Shown here: piece after piece, positions 1 to 11,340 of the stretch
Layout: each line of letters opens with the position of its first letter
How positions within the stretch are numbered: position 1 is the stretch's first letter
Assembly (NCBI GenBank): GCA_054600435.1
Contig: BAAIJX010000034.1
Span: forward strand, 186,001 to 247,503
Length of the DNA: 61,503 nucleotides
Direction: 5' to 3'
Source: Neophaeotheca triangularis
Lineage: Eukaryota
Notes under the pieces: model-generated
Seen by the model: only the letters and a program-made list of their open reading frames with translations
The model's database searches: none
What the model was told of the DNA's origin: nothing
Made by a program: the position numbers and the translations under genes

Positions 1-488
1 CTGGGCTTGGGCTTTGGGATGAGCTTAGACCGCGCTTCGGCAGCCCGACTTGAAGCGACTGCTGCGGATTGTCCATAGCTGTCGTTGTTTGTAACGCTCC
101 GCCTATGTAATGCTGCCGCAGCCGCCGCCTGGTGAGAGGGAGATTTGGAGCGTTCTCTCACGTCCCGCTGCGGTGGCCGGAGACTGGGTGTAGTTCTCGT
201 TCCTAGGAAGGCAGAGGAGCCCGGTCTCGCTCCAGCTGGGGTTCGTTTCGCCGGTACCTCCCGTTGATCAGGAGAATTGTTGACATACCCACTCTTCGGG
301 CTCTGTGTCATCCCGACTCTTGCTGCCGCTGCAAGAGCGCCATTGTTATTATTCCCTACCAGTATAGCCTTTGACTGTGGGCGAGCAAATGCCAACGCGG
401 CGCCAGCGAGAGCGGCATTTCTATTCGAAGCCGCAGTATCTTGGCCGACATTCGACGGGGCTCGTGACGGAGCTCGCGGGCCCGTCAT
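1..488 (-). CDS. N-terminal part of a probable IRS4/TAX4-like (increased rDNA silencing) protein, truncated by the window edge
   Basis: Manual translation from ATG at 488 is open to base 1: MTGPRAPSRAPSNVGQDTAASNRNAALAGAALAFARP...NNGALAAAARVG...RSKSPSHQAAAAAA. The AALxGAxLAF / GALAAA / SPS pattern resembles filamentous-fungal Irs4 N-termini. The diagnostic EH domain would lie outside the window. Confidence 0.55.
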   Translation of the reverse strand, partial: MTGPRAPSRAPSNVGQDTAASNRNAALAGAALAFARPQSKAILVGNNNNGALAAAARVGMTQSPKSGYVNNSPDQREVPAKRTPAGARPGSSAFLGTRTTPSLRPPQRDVRERSKSPSHQAAAAAALHRRSVTNNDSYGQSAAVASSRAAEARSKLIPKPKP

Positions 489-570
489 GGCATGGACAGA
501 GGTTGTTGGTGAGACCTGTACATCGTCCCAGCTAAACGAGCGAGGGCTGAGACGATGGTGTTTGTGGGGG

Positions 571-594
571 AAGAAGAAGAAGAAGAAGAAGAAG
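571..594 (+). repeat. (AAG)n microsatellite
   Basis: aagaagaaga agaagaagaa gaag in the intergenic region between the IRS4-like gene and LIG4. Confidence 0.9.
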
Positions 595-696
595 AGAGGC
601 TTCTGTAGAGGAACGGGTGAAGTCGAGTCGTTGTCAGCAAGACAGCCCTAACAAACGACCCCGGGGCTGAAGATGAGGCTGAACCGGGCGTCTGGA

Positions 697-710
697 ACGC
701 GTCCCACGTG
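697..710. promoter_or_regulatory. MCB element (ACGCGT) plus adjacent E-box (CACGTG) upstream of LIG4
   Basis: ACGCGT at 697-702 and CACGTG at 705-710, ~240 bp upstream of a DNA-repair gene. Confidence 0.35.
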
Positions 711-938
711 ACGGCGTGTCAGCAGTCTTGGCAATTCTGCTGCCTAAGTCTGCGTTACGAGGTATGACCGCCGCACTCGCATACCTACCTCCTTACTGTA
801 GGTTTTGTAATATACCTTTACCAAGAAACCAATGAACTTTCACTCTCACTTTTTGCCGTCGCTGTTGCTGTGTTTCATCGTTGATTTCGCTACTGGCGTG
901 CAAGCTAAATAATCTCTACCACAAACTGCAACTTCAAC

Positions 939-3884
939 ATGGCAGACAGCAACGGCGACATCGAAATGCGGGATAGTGAAGCTATTCGAGAAGAGCACAT
1001 GATGTATGGTCATGGTGCAATGACTGAAAAGGAGCTCGATGAGAAGTACCCGCAAAGACCGCACATCCACTCCAAAACGCTCCCTTTCCATGAACTGCTC
1101 TTCACCCTTTTCAACCCCTTGAACGACAATAAAAAGAAACCGACAGGTCCGACTGTAGCTCGCAAGAAGATAGGTCCTCATGGCACTCGCTCGGCTCCTC
1201 ATGATATTCGCAGACAAATCATCATCAGATTCATCGCCAGATGGCGGAAAGATGTGGGCAACGACATATACCCAGCGTTTCGTCTCATCACGCCTGAAAA
1301 GGATCGAGATCGCGGCATGTACGGTCTTAAAGAGCTTACTCTGGGCAAAATCCTCGTCAAAGTCATGAAGATTGACAAGAACAGCGACGATGCTTATATG
1401 CTGCTGCATTGGAAGTTACCGGGCGCCAAATCGTCGAGTACAATGGCTGGCGATTTTGCAGGCCGCTGTTACGAAGTTATATCCAAACGCCCGATGCGCA
1501 CAAACCCCGGCGACATGTCGATTGCAGAGGTCAACGAACTTCTGGATCGCCTTTCTGTCGCTCAGAAGGAAGAGAACCAACGGCCAATCATCGAAGAATT
1601 CTACAAACGCATGAATGCTGAGGAGCTTATGTGGCTCATCCGCATGATCTTGCGACAGATGAAAATCGGCGCAACAGAGAAGACGATATTCGATCTTTGG
1701 CACAAGGACGCCGATAATCTCTTCAACATCTCCAGCAGTCTGCGTCGAGTGTGCTGGGAGTTGTACGATCCTGACTTTAGACTGGAGGGCGACAATTGCG
1801 GCATCAACCTCATGCAGTGTTTTCAGCCTCAACTTGCCGCTTTCCAGATGCGTTCGCTGGACAAGGCAGTCGCAAGGATGAATCCGACAGAAGACGATCC
1901 CCACTTTTGGATTGAAGACAAGCTCGACGGTGAGAGGATGCAGCTGCACATGATCGAGGATGCCGAGATGCCTGGGGGTATGCGCTTTTCTTTCTGGTCT
2001 CGCAAAGCAAAAAATTACAGCTACCTGTACGGGGAATCTTTTGAAGACGAAAAGTCCTCGCTCACCCGCCATCTCCGTGATGCTTTCAACGATGGAGTCC
2101 ACAACATCATACTCGACGGAGAGATGATTACCTGGGACCCGCAAATTGATAAAATGGTACCTTTCGGTCACTTGAAGACGGCAGCGTTATCTGAGCAGGA
2201 GGATCCCTTCAGCGGCACAGGCACAAGACCGCTTTTCAGAGTCTTTGACTGTCTTTACCTCAATGACGTGGCACTGACAAAGTACACTCTCCGCAAGCGC
2301 TACGAAGCTTTGACAACAGCTGTCAACTCGGTTCACCGTCGATTCGAGATTCACGAGCATACCGACGGAAAGACAGCTGCCGACATCGAGCCTATTTTGA
2401 GGCAAGTCATCGCAGACGGCGCTGAAGGCCTAGTCCTCAAAAACCCGCGTTCTGAATACAGGCTCAACGAGCGCAACGACGACTGGATCAAGGTCAAACC
2501 CGAATACATGACTGAGTTCGGCGAGGAGCTAGACTGTGTAGTAATTGGCGGCTTCTACGGATCAGGCAAACGCGGTGGCGGCCTCTCAAGTTTCCTCTGC
2601 GGCCTCCGCGTCGATCAACCGCTCGTGGATGCAGGAGCTAACCCGATGAAATGCTACTCCTTCTTCAAAGTCGGCGGCGGCTTCAGCGCTTCCGACTACG
2701 CCGAGATCCGCCACCGCACCGAAGGGAAATGGACAGACTGGGACCCGAGCAAGCCGCCCACCCACCTAATAGAACTGGGAGGGGGCGAACGCCAAATCGA
2801 GCGCCCCGACGTGTGGATCCGGCCTGATGATTCGGTCGTCCTCTCCGTCAAAGCCGCCAGCGTGACAAGCACCACCGACTACCGCACGGGCAAAACCCTC
2901 CGCTTCCCTCGGTTCAAAAAGTTGCGCACGGACAAAGACTGGCAATCCGCACTCAGCGTGCAAGGTTTCGAAGCCCTGCGCCGCCAAGCTGAAGAGGAGC
3001 GCGAAGAGAAGAGTTTCAAAATCGACGACGCGCGACGTAAACGCAACACGCGCGTTTCCAAGAAGAAGAAGATTGTCGTCCAGGGTCAAGAGGAAGAGCT
3101 CAAGACGCCTTACGCGGGGCCCGTGACCAAGGTTTTTGAGGGCATGCGTTTCTTCATCATGACTGAGTCGCTGAAGCCTATTAAGAAGTCCAAAGCCGAA
3201 ATCGAGCAGCTCGTCAAAGGCAATGGCGGTACCGTGGTGGCTTCGGAAAGGGACGAGAGTACTGTTGTCGTCGCGGATCGGAATCTCGTCAAAGTTGCTT
3301 CCCTGACTAAGCGGGATGAGCGTACCATTGTGCGGCCGAGTTGGCTGTTGGATTGCGTTGGGCAGGGGGAAAGGGATGTGGGACGCCCGGCTTTTTTGCT
3401 GCCTTTTGAGCCGCGACATATTTTTCACACGCGCTCGGAGGATGAGGGAAGGTTTGAGGGAAATGTAGATGAGTTTGGGGATAGTTTTGCAAGGGATGTG
3501 GCTTTAGGAGAGTTGGAGGGGTTATTCGAGGGCATGAGTGGTACGCCTGTCGAGGCGGGGGGGTTGTTGGATCAGTTTGTCGAGCACGGCAGGGATTTGG
3601 ATGAATTGCCTGGGTGGCTTTTTTGGGGTTTGAGGGTATATTTCCAGGAGAAAGGAGAGAGCGCGCGGGACGCAGCTACTCTTGTGCGTTTTGCTGGTGG
3701 CGAGGTGGCTGATTCGCCGGACGACGGGGCTATCACGCATGTGGTTTGCGGTGCAGATGGCGTGCGAGGCGTCAGGGAGAGTCTGATGGACAGAAAGCAG
3801 CAGCCCAGAATCGTGAGCGCGGAATGGGTGAGACAATGCTGGAAGGAAAAGACAAGACTGGATGAGGAGGGGTTTGCCCTATGA
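939..3884 (+). CDS. LIG4: DNA ligase IV (NHEJ), intronless, 981 aa
   Basis: Motif I WIEDKLDGERMQLH, ILDGEM, EGLVLK, WIKVKPEY, GSGKRGG, TLRFPRF, and two C-terminal BRCT-like regions (IVRPSWLLDC; IVSAEWVRQC). Confidence 0.97.
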   Translation: MADSNGDIEMRDSEAIREEHMMYGHGAMTEKELDEKYPQRPHIHSKTLPFHELLFTLFNPLNDNKKKPTGPTVARKKIGPHGTRSAPHDIRRQIIIRFIARWRKDVGNDIYPAFRLITPEKDRDRGMYGLKELTLGKILVKVMKIDKNSDDAYMLLHWKLPGAKSSSTMAGDFAGRCYEVISKRPMRTNPGDMSIAEVNELLDRLSVAQKEENQRPIIEEFYKRMNAEELMWLIRMILRQMKIGATEKTIFDLWHKDADNLFNISSSLRRVCWELYDPDFRLEGDNCGINLMQCFQPQLAAFQMRSLDKAVARMNPTEDDPHFWIEDKLDGERMQLHMIEDAEMPGGMRFSFWSRKAKNYSYLYGESFEDEKSSLTRHLRDAFNDGVHNIILDGEMITWDPQIDKMVPFGHLKTAALSEQEDPFSGTGTRPLFRVFDCLYLNDVALTKYTLRKRYEALTTAVNSVHRRFEIHEHTDGKTAADIEPILRQVIADGAEGLVLKNPRSEYRLNERNDDWIKVKPEYMTEFGEELDCVVIGGFYGSGKRGGGLSSFLCGLRVDQPLVDAGANPMKCYSFFKVGGGFSASDYAEIRHRTEGKWTDWDPSKPPTHLIELGGGERQIERPDVWIRPDDSVVLSVKAASVTSTTDYRTGKTLRFPRFKKLRTDKDWQSALSVQGFEALRRQAEEEREEKSFKIDDARRKRNTRVSKKKKIVVQGQEEELKTPYAGPVTKVFEGMRFFIMTESLKPIKKSKAEIEQLVKGNGGTVVASERDESTVVVADRNLVKVASLTKRDERTIVRPSWLLDCVGQGERDVGRPAFLLPFEPRHIFHTRSEDEGRFEGNVDEFGDSFARDVALGELEGLFEGMSGTPVEAGGLLDQFVEHGRDLDELPGWLFWGLRVYFQEKGESARDAATLVRFAGGEVADSPDDGAITHVVCGADGVRGVRESLMDRKQQPRIVSAEWVRQCWKEKTRLDEEGFAL

Positions 3885-3956
3885 CCCTCACCATATGGAG
3901 AAGAAAGAAACAAGTCGAACGACAAGACCATCGTCATTGATGATGCACCCTCCAGC

Positions 3957-5111
3957 TCAACCCTCCCACTCAATCCCAAAAACCCTCAGCGCATTCCCAC
4001 CCATAACCTTATCCCTCGCCTCCGGATCCCCACCGAAAGCCTTCTCAACCGCCTCCTCGTTACTCCTCACACTCTCCCACACCTCCTCCCCACCCAGCGG
4101 CGGAAAAAACGGATGATCAGTACCAAACATGACCCTCTCCACCCCACTAACCCCCACCGCAGCCCCTACACCCACGTCCCCATAAACAACCGCATCGAGG
4201 TAAACATTCCTCCTCAACACATCCCAAACACTCCGCCGCCTACCCTCCCCCAACCACCCTTTAGCTCCCAACGCCCCATCATGCCGAATACAACTCTCGA
4301 TCCTGCCGGCCAAAAACGGCAACGTGCCCCCACTATGCGCCAGCAGCACTTTCAAGTCGGGAAACCGATCCCAGACTCCCGCCAGCAGCATGCGGGTCAC
4401 GGCGACGGTCGTCTCGACGGGGAACCCCAGCGCCAGCGGCAGAACGTGGCCGTACTCGGCCGCCGCGGCTCGCGGGCCGTAGACGTCGGCGGCGGTGCTT
4501 CCGAGCCCGTAGTGCGGGTGCAGGAAGACGAGCTGCCGGTTGCTTTCCAGCTGCTGCCAGATGGCGTCGAGGGCTGGGTCGTCGAGGCCCTTGCCCAAGC
4601 CCGTCGTCCCCATTACCACGCCCCGGATGTGGGGGAGTTGGGGGGAGGCTAGGCGGGAGATTTCGGCGGTGATGGCCGCGGTGGTGGTGGAGGAGAGCGG
4701 GAGGGTGCCGAAGGCGTAGAGGCGGTTGCCGGCCGAGGGGTCGGCGCAGAGGCTTTCGATCTCGTCGTTGGTGGTGCGGGTTGTTTCTGCCGCGGTGGCG
4801 GGCGGGAGCCAGTCCAGCCAGGGGTTGGCGAGGGAGAGGATGGAGATGTCGATCGAGTGTGTGTTCATGAAGGCGAGTTTGCTGGTTATGGAGTGGTAGG
4901 TTTGGCCTATGGGGCGACCTGGCGGGGTTGGGGGGGAGTTGTTGTTGCTCGTCGCGCTGCTGTCGGCTTCCGAGGGCAGGATTATCAGTCTTTCGTCTGC
5001 CGTTGGGTCGGTCGGGTGGGGGCGGATGTAGGGGACTGTGGTGCGGGAGCGGAGGAGGGACATGTAGGAGGGCGGGTAGATGTGGGTGTGGACGTCGACG
5101 GTGGGTGGCAT
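3957..5111 (-). CDS. Isoorotate (uracil-5-carboxylate) decarboxylase, amidohydrolase-2 family
   Basis: VDVHTHIYPP metal-binding motif, SILSLANPWLD, VFLHPHYGL, HVLPLALGFPVETT, LAHSGGTLPFLAGRI, FGTDHPFFPP. Matches fungal IDCase as recalled, and is divergent from T7H. Confidence 0.92.
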   Translation of the reverse strand: MPPTVDVHTHIYPPSYMSLLRSRTTVPYIRPHPTDPTADERLIILPSEADSSATSNNNSPPTPPGRPIGQTYHSITSKLAFMNTHSIDISILSLANPWLDWLPPATAAETTRTTNDEIESLCADPSAGNRLYAFGTLPLSSTTTAAITAEISRLASPQLPHIRGVVMGTTGLGKGLDDPALDAIWQQLESNRQLVFLHPHYGLGSTAADVYGPRAAAAEYGHVLPLALGFPVETTVAVTRMLLAGVWDRFPDLKVLLAHSGGTLPFLAGRIESCIRHDGALGAKGWLGEGRRRSVWDVLRRNVYLDAVVYGDVGVGAAVGVSGVERVMFGTDHPFFPPLGGEEVWESVRSNEEAVEKAFGGDPEARDKVMGGNALRVFGIEWEG

Positions 5112-5318
5112 GGTCGGCGGGCGAGAAGGTATTGGGTGCTGTAGAGGCTTTGGATGGTTGCTGGAGTCTTTCGGGAATCCAATGGCTTGCTGATGGCAGG
5201 GTGAATCGGTGCAATGTTTACCTTGTCGGGTCGTCGCTTTCTAATGTAAATGAGAGAACAGACAAGAGGAAGTGAAGAGAAGAGCGATCAACCGTGTCTA
5301 CATGTGCATTTCAAAACA

Positions 5319-5430
5319 TTTATCTTCGCAACTCGCCGATCCCCCACTTTGGATGCATGTGTTGTATGATAAAGCTATCAGTAGAATGCAGCTGCCGTAA
5401 GGTTTGCGGGGCTCCTTATCTTTATTATCT
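5319..5430. promoter_or_regulatory. Cluster of GATA (HGATAR) sites and CreA-like SYGGRG sites in the shared IDCase/T7H promoter
   Basis: GATA cores at ~5319-5325 (rev), 5367-5372, 5375-5380 (rev), 5415-5421 (rev), 5425-5430 (rev). GCGGGG at 5406-5411 and CCCCAC at 5342-5347. Confidence 0.4.
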
Positions 5431-5563
5431 TTAGGACGGGGAGCTTCAAAAAAGCTACCAGGGGCGGTTGTTTGATTCTGTGCTCACCTTTTCTTACTAC
5501 CTGGTGTCTACCTACCATAGAAGAAAAGTCATACGAAGCACTTCAAGCCTCTTTCGAGCAAAA

Positions 5564-6667
5564 ATGCAGCCCGAAGCAATCAGTACCGCGGTGGCCTCGG
5601 AGGATCTCGAAATCCCCCTAATCGACTTCCAAGCCTTCCTCACCGGTGACGAGGCCACCAAAAGGTTAACAGCACAAGCAATCCTCAGTGGGTTTCGCAA
5701 AGCCGGCTTCGTCTACCTACGTAACCACGGCATTCCCAAACCCAGCGTGACTTCAACTTTCGCGCAATCGGCGGCTTTCTTCGCCAGACCGCAATGGCAA
5801 AAGGACCAGCTCTCGTGGACGACACCGGAAGCGAATAGAGGCTACGTTAGCCAAGGCAGGGAGAAAGTCACGGACCTACAGGACGCAGACGACATTGAAG
5901 CGCTGCGGGCAGCGGAAGGCGCCGACCTGAAGGAATCGCTCGAAATCGGGCGCGAGAACGAACCCGGGCATGCAAACTCCTGGCCGGATGGCTTTGATGC
6001 CCAAGGCGTAGTTTTCAAGCGGCAGATGCAGGATTTCTTCACGCAGTGCAAAGACGTGCACGTCCTCGTCATGCGCGCTATAGCCGTGGGGTTAGGGATC
6101 GAGGAAAGCTGGTTCGACGGCTACTGCGACGGCGGCGACAATACGTTGCGCTTACTGCACTACCCTGCCGTACGGGCGGACTCGTGGACAAAGAAGCCCG
6201 GACAGGTTCGAGCGGGCGCACACACGGATTATGGGTCGATTACGCTGCTGTTCCAGGACATGGCGGGGGGGTTGCAGGTGCAGTCGCCGAGGGGCGAGTT
6301 TGTCGACGCGACGCCGATTGAGGATACGATTGTGGTGAATGCTGGGGATTTGTTGGCGAGGTGGTCGAACGATCTTGTCAAGTCGACGAAGCATCGGGTG
6401 GTGGAGCCCGGGAGGCCGGCGGTCGGGGACTGGTATCCGGCCAGGTATTCGATTGCGTATTTTTGTAATCCCAACTTTGATCGCTTTATCGATGCTATTC
6501 CTGGGACTGTTGGGCAGGGGGAGGTGAAGAGGTATGAGGGGGTTAACAGGTGAGTTTCAGCTTGTGTTTGAGAGGGAGTTTACCTATACGTTTTGAAGTG
6601 CGCGGGATTGCTGACCGTTGGCAACAGTGGCGAGTATCTCGTCCAACGACTTAGCGCGACATACTAA
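5564..6667 (+). CDS. Thymine 7-hydroxylase (thymine dioxygenase), 2OG-Fe(II) oxygenase; exons 5564-6549, 6628-6667
   Basis: IPLIDF, WTTPEANRGY, KESLEIGRE, RAGAHTDYGSITLLFQD (HxD), STKHRVVEP, RYSIAYFCNPN. A GTGAGT..GCTGAC..CAG intron at 6550-6627 restores the C-terminus NSGEYLVQRLSATY*, like Neurospora T7H. Confidence 0.93.
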
Positions 6668-6716
6668 GACCAGACGGCTTGATTTTGTGGAGGCTGAAGG
6701 GCGGGTGAAGTGGTTT

Positions 6717-6742
6717 TGAATGAATGAATGAATGAATGAATG
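6717..6742 (+). repeat. (TGAA)n microsatellite
   Basis: tgaatgaatgaatgaatgaatgaatg downstream of T7H. Confidence 0.85.
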
Positions 6743-8697
6743 GATCTATTGGTTAAATTGGCTAACAACCACCTATTACATTGATGAAGCAGCGGCTGGC
6801 ATCCTTTATTTCATTTTCACATGCTCGAGAATGGACTACTACCTAGATAGTACCAAGGCACTGCCCCGCCTCCCCCCGCGTTTCTACCAAAGTTGCAACC
6901 GCCGATAACGGCCCCGTCCGTTGGAATTTTTGCACTGTGTTCCAAAGCCGATGATAGCCAGACATGGAGCCAAATTAAGGGGGAAGTTTACGACGAGTGC
7001 GCGTACTGGACGGTACCTAGAGTGATGAAAACGAGACGTACATGATAATAATAACTACATCTACCAGTCATCAGGACAGTCATCAGCACGTGTCAAGATG
7101 TGTCTGTCGTGCTTTATGAATACTACTAGTAGGTATTCACCGATTTTGTTGAGCCAAGGAGATGCTCGATCAATGTCCACGTTAGGTACCTCCTCGGAAT
7201 GGAATCGAAGGGACCAGACCTTTCTCCTTTCTCCACGTAACGCCCGTGTTGGATTGTGGAGATGGATGGATTGTTCGGGGAACTAGAAGGCCACATGACA
7301 TGGACGAGAATTGAGAGTAGTACACAGTGTGACAGTTAACCTAGGTAGTGAGGCGTCACAGTGTGGTGATGATGGACGCCGTCATCGGAGAGACTGTCCA
7401 GGATATCATGTCCCTTTGTAGCTACTTACCTACCTTACCTAGGTAGAAAACCTGACTTGTCTAGCCCTTACAAGATGATTACGACACAACGACGCAAAAG
7501 AAAATACAAAAAAAAAAAAGAGGGCACGTGTAGCTCGATTGATTAACTAATTGATCCGACACCGGCTACGACTGTCGTTCTAGGTCTAGCGCGTGTGTTT
7601 TGAGAAAGCCGCGTACGAATCTATTCGGACGTCGTCGAAGCCATATAGGCCTACCCACCTAGGTAGTAGTATACTTATTACGGAGGCTAGGTAGGAGGTA
7701 GAGTTTCCTCTCTCGATCAATACTTCCGCCGCCGGACTACCTAGGAATAATTTACTACTGTACTACTGTCCGACTGTGATGAGACGCCGTGGACCGTAGT
7801 CCCGGTGGAGTCCTGGACCGGGACTCTTCGAGTCTTGCCCCGGAGGTACTCCGCAAAAAGGTACTCAAATCCCCGATGCTACCTGGCTACATACCTACAT
7901 ACCTAGCTAGCCTACTTGTAGTATCTGCATCTTAAGAGGGCAAAAACTCTAGCCAAGCTCCCCTACCGGAACAAGACGTGTAACTGTAGGTAAGGTCTAG
8001 GAAAAAAGGAGCATTTTGTTATTGAAATTTCGAGACCTTCTAGACTGCTTGAATAATGTATTTCATTGATATTATTCCATTGATATTCGAGTCATCCGTT
8101 TATTATTACGCCATCATATCCACCCCGTGTTCGCTTCAAAAACGTCGGGTGGTTGAGTCTGCGCGCCCTACCTAAGTATGTCGCTGCAGACTCTTCCGGA
8201 CCTTCCATTGCCCGCATTCATCATTAGGTATTGAATTAGGTATTTGTTACCACCTGATTATTACTACTAGAGGTACCTTCCCGTGTTACTATTTACTTAC
8301 CGCTATTGCTGCTCTTGTTGATTTTGTTGACTTCCATGTGTCCACCTTGATCACTACTTTACCTTACCTACCTTATTACCTCCACCTTACATACCTTCCT
8401 TACCTTAGTACTCCTCGAGGTACCTCCATCTCCTACCATCACTCTGCCTTTCCTTGTCTCTTCCACCAACAGGCAATGTTTGCTGCTCTCAATCTCTACA
8501 AATCCCATCTGAACCAGCACCGAACAAACTCTTGACAGGAAGAGAAAGAGACAAAGAAGAGAGAGAGAAAGAGAGAGAGATAGAGAGAGCTTGTTATTAC
8601 CCCGCCATTTGCGCCGTCGCCTATTTAAACAATCGCTAGAGAGCGGAAAACTCGCCAATTTTGCTGCAAACCTGGAAATCCCCAGAAAATCTGCACA

Positions 8698-10266
8698 ATG
8701 CCCGCCTACAACGTCAGCCGCCTTCTGGGCATTGATTTCCCAGGTCGTCGGACATCCCCGCCAGGCGAGCGCGCCATCAAATCCGCCCCCGTCAGCACCG
8801 CCAACAGCAGATCGCAAACTCCCACCGGAATCAAAGAAGTTCATCAGCGCCAAAACATGCCCGAACACATCAAGCGACCCAGCCTGGTCTTGGGCAAGAA
8901 ACACGGCTCCGACAAGTCGTCGCGGAGGAACTCCAAAGAGCGTTCGCCTTCAAAGGACAAACATGCAAAGCCAAAGGATCCCGGGCAGGTGAATAACGGC
9001 AAGCCCGTGTCCATGGAGTTGGTCATGGAGAGCCCGCCTGCTCTTTTGATCGATCCGCCGCAGCAGTCGTCCGGCGCAATCATTTCGGGGAGACTGCAAA
9101 TCACCCCGAAACACGGCGACGTCAAGATGGAAAGTATTGCCATGTTCCTAGAATGCACCACCTCGACAAAACGCCCAGTAGTCGATCGATGCCGCGCATG
9201 CACCACCCAAATCAACGATCTCTTCCACTGGAACTTCCTCACCAAACCCAGCGTCTTCCCGCTCGCCGAAGGCAAGCAAGACCTCCCCTTCTCCCACATG
9301 ATCCCCGGCCACCTGCCCGTAACAACGCACGGCTGGATCGGCAGCATCGACTACTCGCTCCACGTCCGCGGCCGCACCAGCGACGGCCGAGAAACCGAAT
9401 TCCGACGCCCGCTCGTCGTGCGTCGCGCTCTCCGCCCGGGCAACGATAAAAACAGCGTCCGCGTCTTCCCACCTACCAACCTCACCCTCCACGTCAGCCT
9501 CCCTTCCTCCATTCACCCCATCGGCGACTTCCCCGTCCAGTGCCGCATGACAGGCATCACGACCAAAAATGCCGACACGCAAACCCGCTGGCGCTTGCGC
9601 AAACTCACCTGGCGCGTCGAAGAGGAGGAAACTAGCATCTCGCCGGCGTGCGAGAAACACGGCGCCAAGCTGGGCGGCGCGGGCAAAGGCATCCAACACA
9701 GCCACACACGCGAGCTCGGGTCGGAAGAGCTCAAAAACGGCTGGAAAACCGATTTCAACGACGGCATCGGCGGCGGACAAGTCGAGGGCGAGTTCCTAGC
9801 ATCTCTCAATGCCACCAATGCCCAACTCCCCGCCCAATGCGACGTCGAAGCCGCCAACGGGCTTAAAATCTCCCACCACCTGATCCTCGAACTCGTCATC
9901 GCCGAAGAATGGGCCCCGAACAAGAAACCCCACTCGGCAACACCCACAGGCGCCGCCCGCGTTCTCCGGACCCAATTCAACCTCAACCTCACCGAGCGCG
10001 CGGGCTTGGGTATCGCCTGGGACGACGAGATGCCCCCACTGTACGAGGATGTGGAGAAGAGCCCACCGGGGTATTTGGGGGGAGCGGGTCCGCGCGCTGC
10101 CGACGCTTCCACTGCCAATGGACCTCCTCCGCCGCTTTTTGATGCCGTTTCTGCAGGTAGCAGACATCATCGAAGGCAGCCCAGTGGCGGCGATACGACG
10201 AGTATTATGGATTACGAGGGGGATGACTTGCACGAGGATATCGAGGCTTTGCAGTTGGATCGGTGA
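8698..10266 (+). CDS. LDB19: Arrestin-related trafficking adaptor, LDB19/ART1 family
   Basis: MESPP..SSGAIISG, LPFSHMIPGHLP, SVRVFPPTNL, RWRLRKLTWRVEE, GAARVLRTQF, ERAGLGIAWDDEMPPLY and PPGY PY motifs. Confidence 0.88.
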   Translation: MPAYNVSRLLGIDFPGRRTSPPGERAIKSAPVSTANSRSQTPTGIKEVHQRQNMPEHIKRPSLVLGKKHGSDKSSRRNSKERSPSKDKHAKPKDPGQVNNGKPVSMELVMESPPALLIDPPQQSSGAIISGRLQITPKHGDVKMESIAMFLECTTSTKRPVVDRCRACTTQINDLFHWNFLTKPSVFPLAEGKQDLPFSHMIPGHLPVTTHGWIGSIDYSLHVRGRTSDGRETEFRRPLVVRRALRPGNDKNSVRVFPPTNLTLHVSLPSSIHPIGDFPVQCRMTGITTKNADTQTRWRLRKLTWRVEEEETSISPACEKHGAKLGGAGKGIQHSHTRELGSEELKNGWKTDFNDGIGGGQVEGEFLASLNATNAQLPAQCDVEAANGLKISHHLILELVIAEEWAPNKKPHSATPTGAARVLRTQFNLNLTERAGLGIAWDDEMPPLYEDVEKSPPGYLGGAGPRAADASTANGPPPPLFDAVSAGSRHHRRQPSGGDTTSIMDYEGDDLHEDIEALQLDR

Positions 10267-10889
10267 TAACACATCACATTGTATGGACGAGAAGCAGGGC
10301 AGAGAAGACGCACGACCGAGACGTTTGCCGCTCTTTTGGTCATCTCTATCCTTTCCTACGACTCGGCGACCGCTTCCATACGACCCATCTTGTGCCATTC
10401 TCCGCTCCTTGTCCCCGACCGGGAACGTACCCTAACCCTCTTTCGCACAAATTTCCGCGGATGTTTCTCTGCCCTTTTTTTTCCCCCGTTCGAACTCTAC
10501 ACAACCGGAAAACGAAACTTGGGCGGCCGTCAGCGACTCCCTTGCTCAAATCTATTGGCTTGCTATTGTCTCTCCGCGTGGCCAGGTATACGGAACTTTT
10601 ACTGCCTGAAACTTTTTTTCTCCGGTTCACTAGCGAGGCGTCTGGCGAGGTTTCTCCATTGCTGGAATTCATATCTTTTTAAATTGGCGTGTGTGCTTGC
10701 TTGCTTTTTGGGATAGATTTTGTTTTTGTCTTGGGTTACATACAAGTGGGAGAAGGGGGGGGGTCTGGTCCGATGATGAATTTTTGCGTCGTATGTCGTT
10801 TTAGTATTTTGATACCTTCTATTACCTATCAAGGACGTTCTTGTGCTTTTCTCTTTTCTGTTTTCTTTTTGTTTTTCTCTCCTCTCCAT

Positions 10890-11340
10890 TTTTTCACTAG
10901 ACTTTATCTAGGTAGGTAGTTTAGAGAGAGGGGGTTTTTTCTCTCTCCTTTTTTACTGGATTTTGTTTAGGTAGGTAGGTTGTGCTCTCTTCTTTTTTTT
11001 TCCCTCCCTTTTTTACTGGATTTTGTTTAGGTAGGTAGGTTGTGCTCTCTTCTTTTTTTTTCCCTCCCTTTTTTACTGGATTTTGTTTAGGTAGGTAGGT
11101 TGCGCTTCTTTTTTTAATACTTTCTTCCTATTTTACTAGACTTTGTTTAGGTAGGTCGTGCTTTTCTTTTTTTTTTTCTCCCTATTTTACTATACTTTGT
11201 TTAGGTAGGTAGGTCGTGCTATTTTTCTTTTTTTCTCCCTATTTTACGAGACTTTGGTTAGGTAGGTGGGTTGTACACCTTTTTTCTTTTCCTTTTTTAC
11301 TAGATTTTATTTAGGTAGGTCGTGCTTTTTTTTTCCCCCT
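10890..11340 (+). repeat. Degenerate ~55-60 bp T-rich minisatellite, about 8 copies
   Basis: Core TTTTACT(G/A)GA(T/C)TTTGTTTAGGTAGGTAGGT(T/C)GTGCT recurs; the 60-mers starting at 10981 and 11041 are identical. Confidence 0.9.

Noticed and set aside
5468..5563. Upstream TTG start for T7H given by the ORF track
   Set aside because: ATG at 5564 has good AAAATG context and matches the expected N-terminus
6830..8420. Abundant TACCTA/TAGGTA motifs in the long LDB19 upstream region
   Set aside because: Common simple-sequence motif in ascomycete intergenic DNA; no periodicity or element boundaries
10890..11340. CRISPR-like array
   Set aside because: Eukaryotic context, no unique spacers, no cas genes; it is a minisatellite
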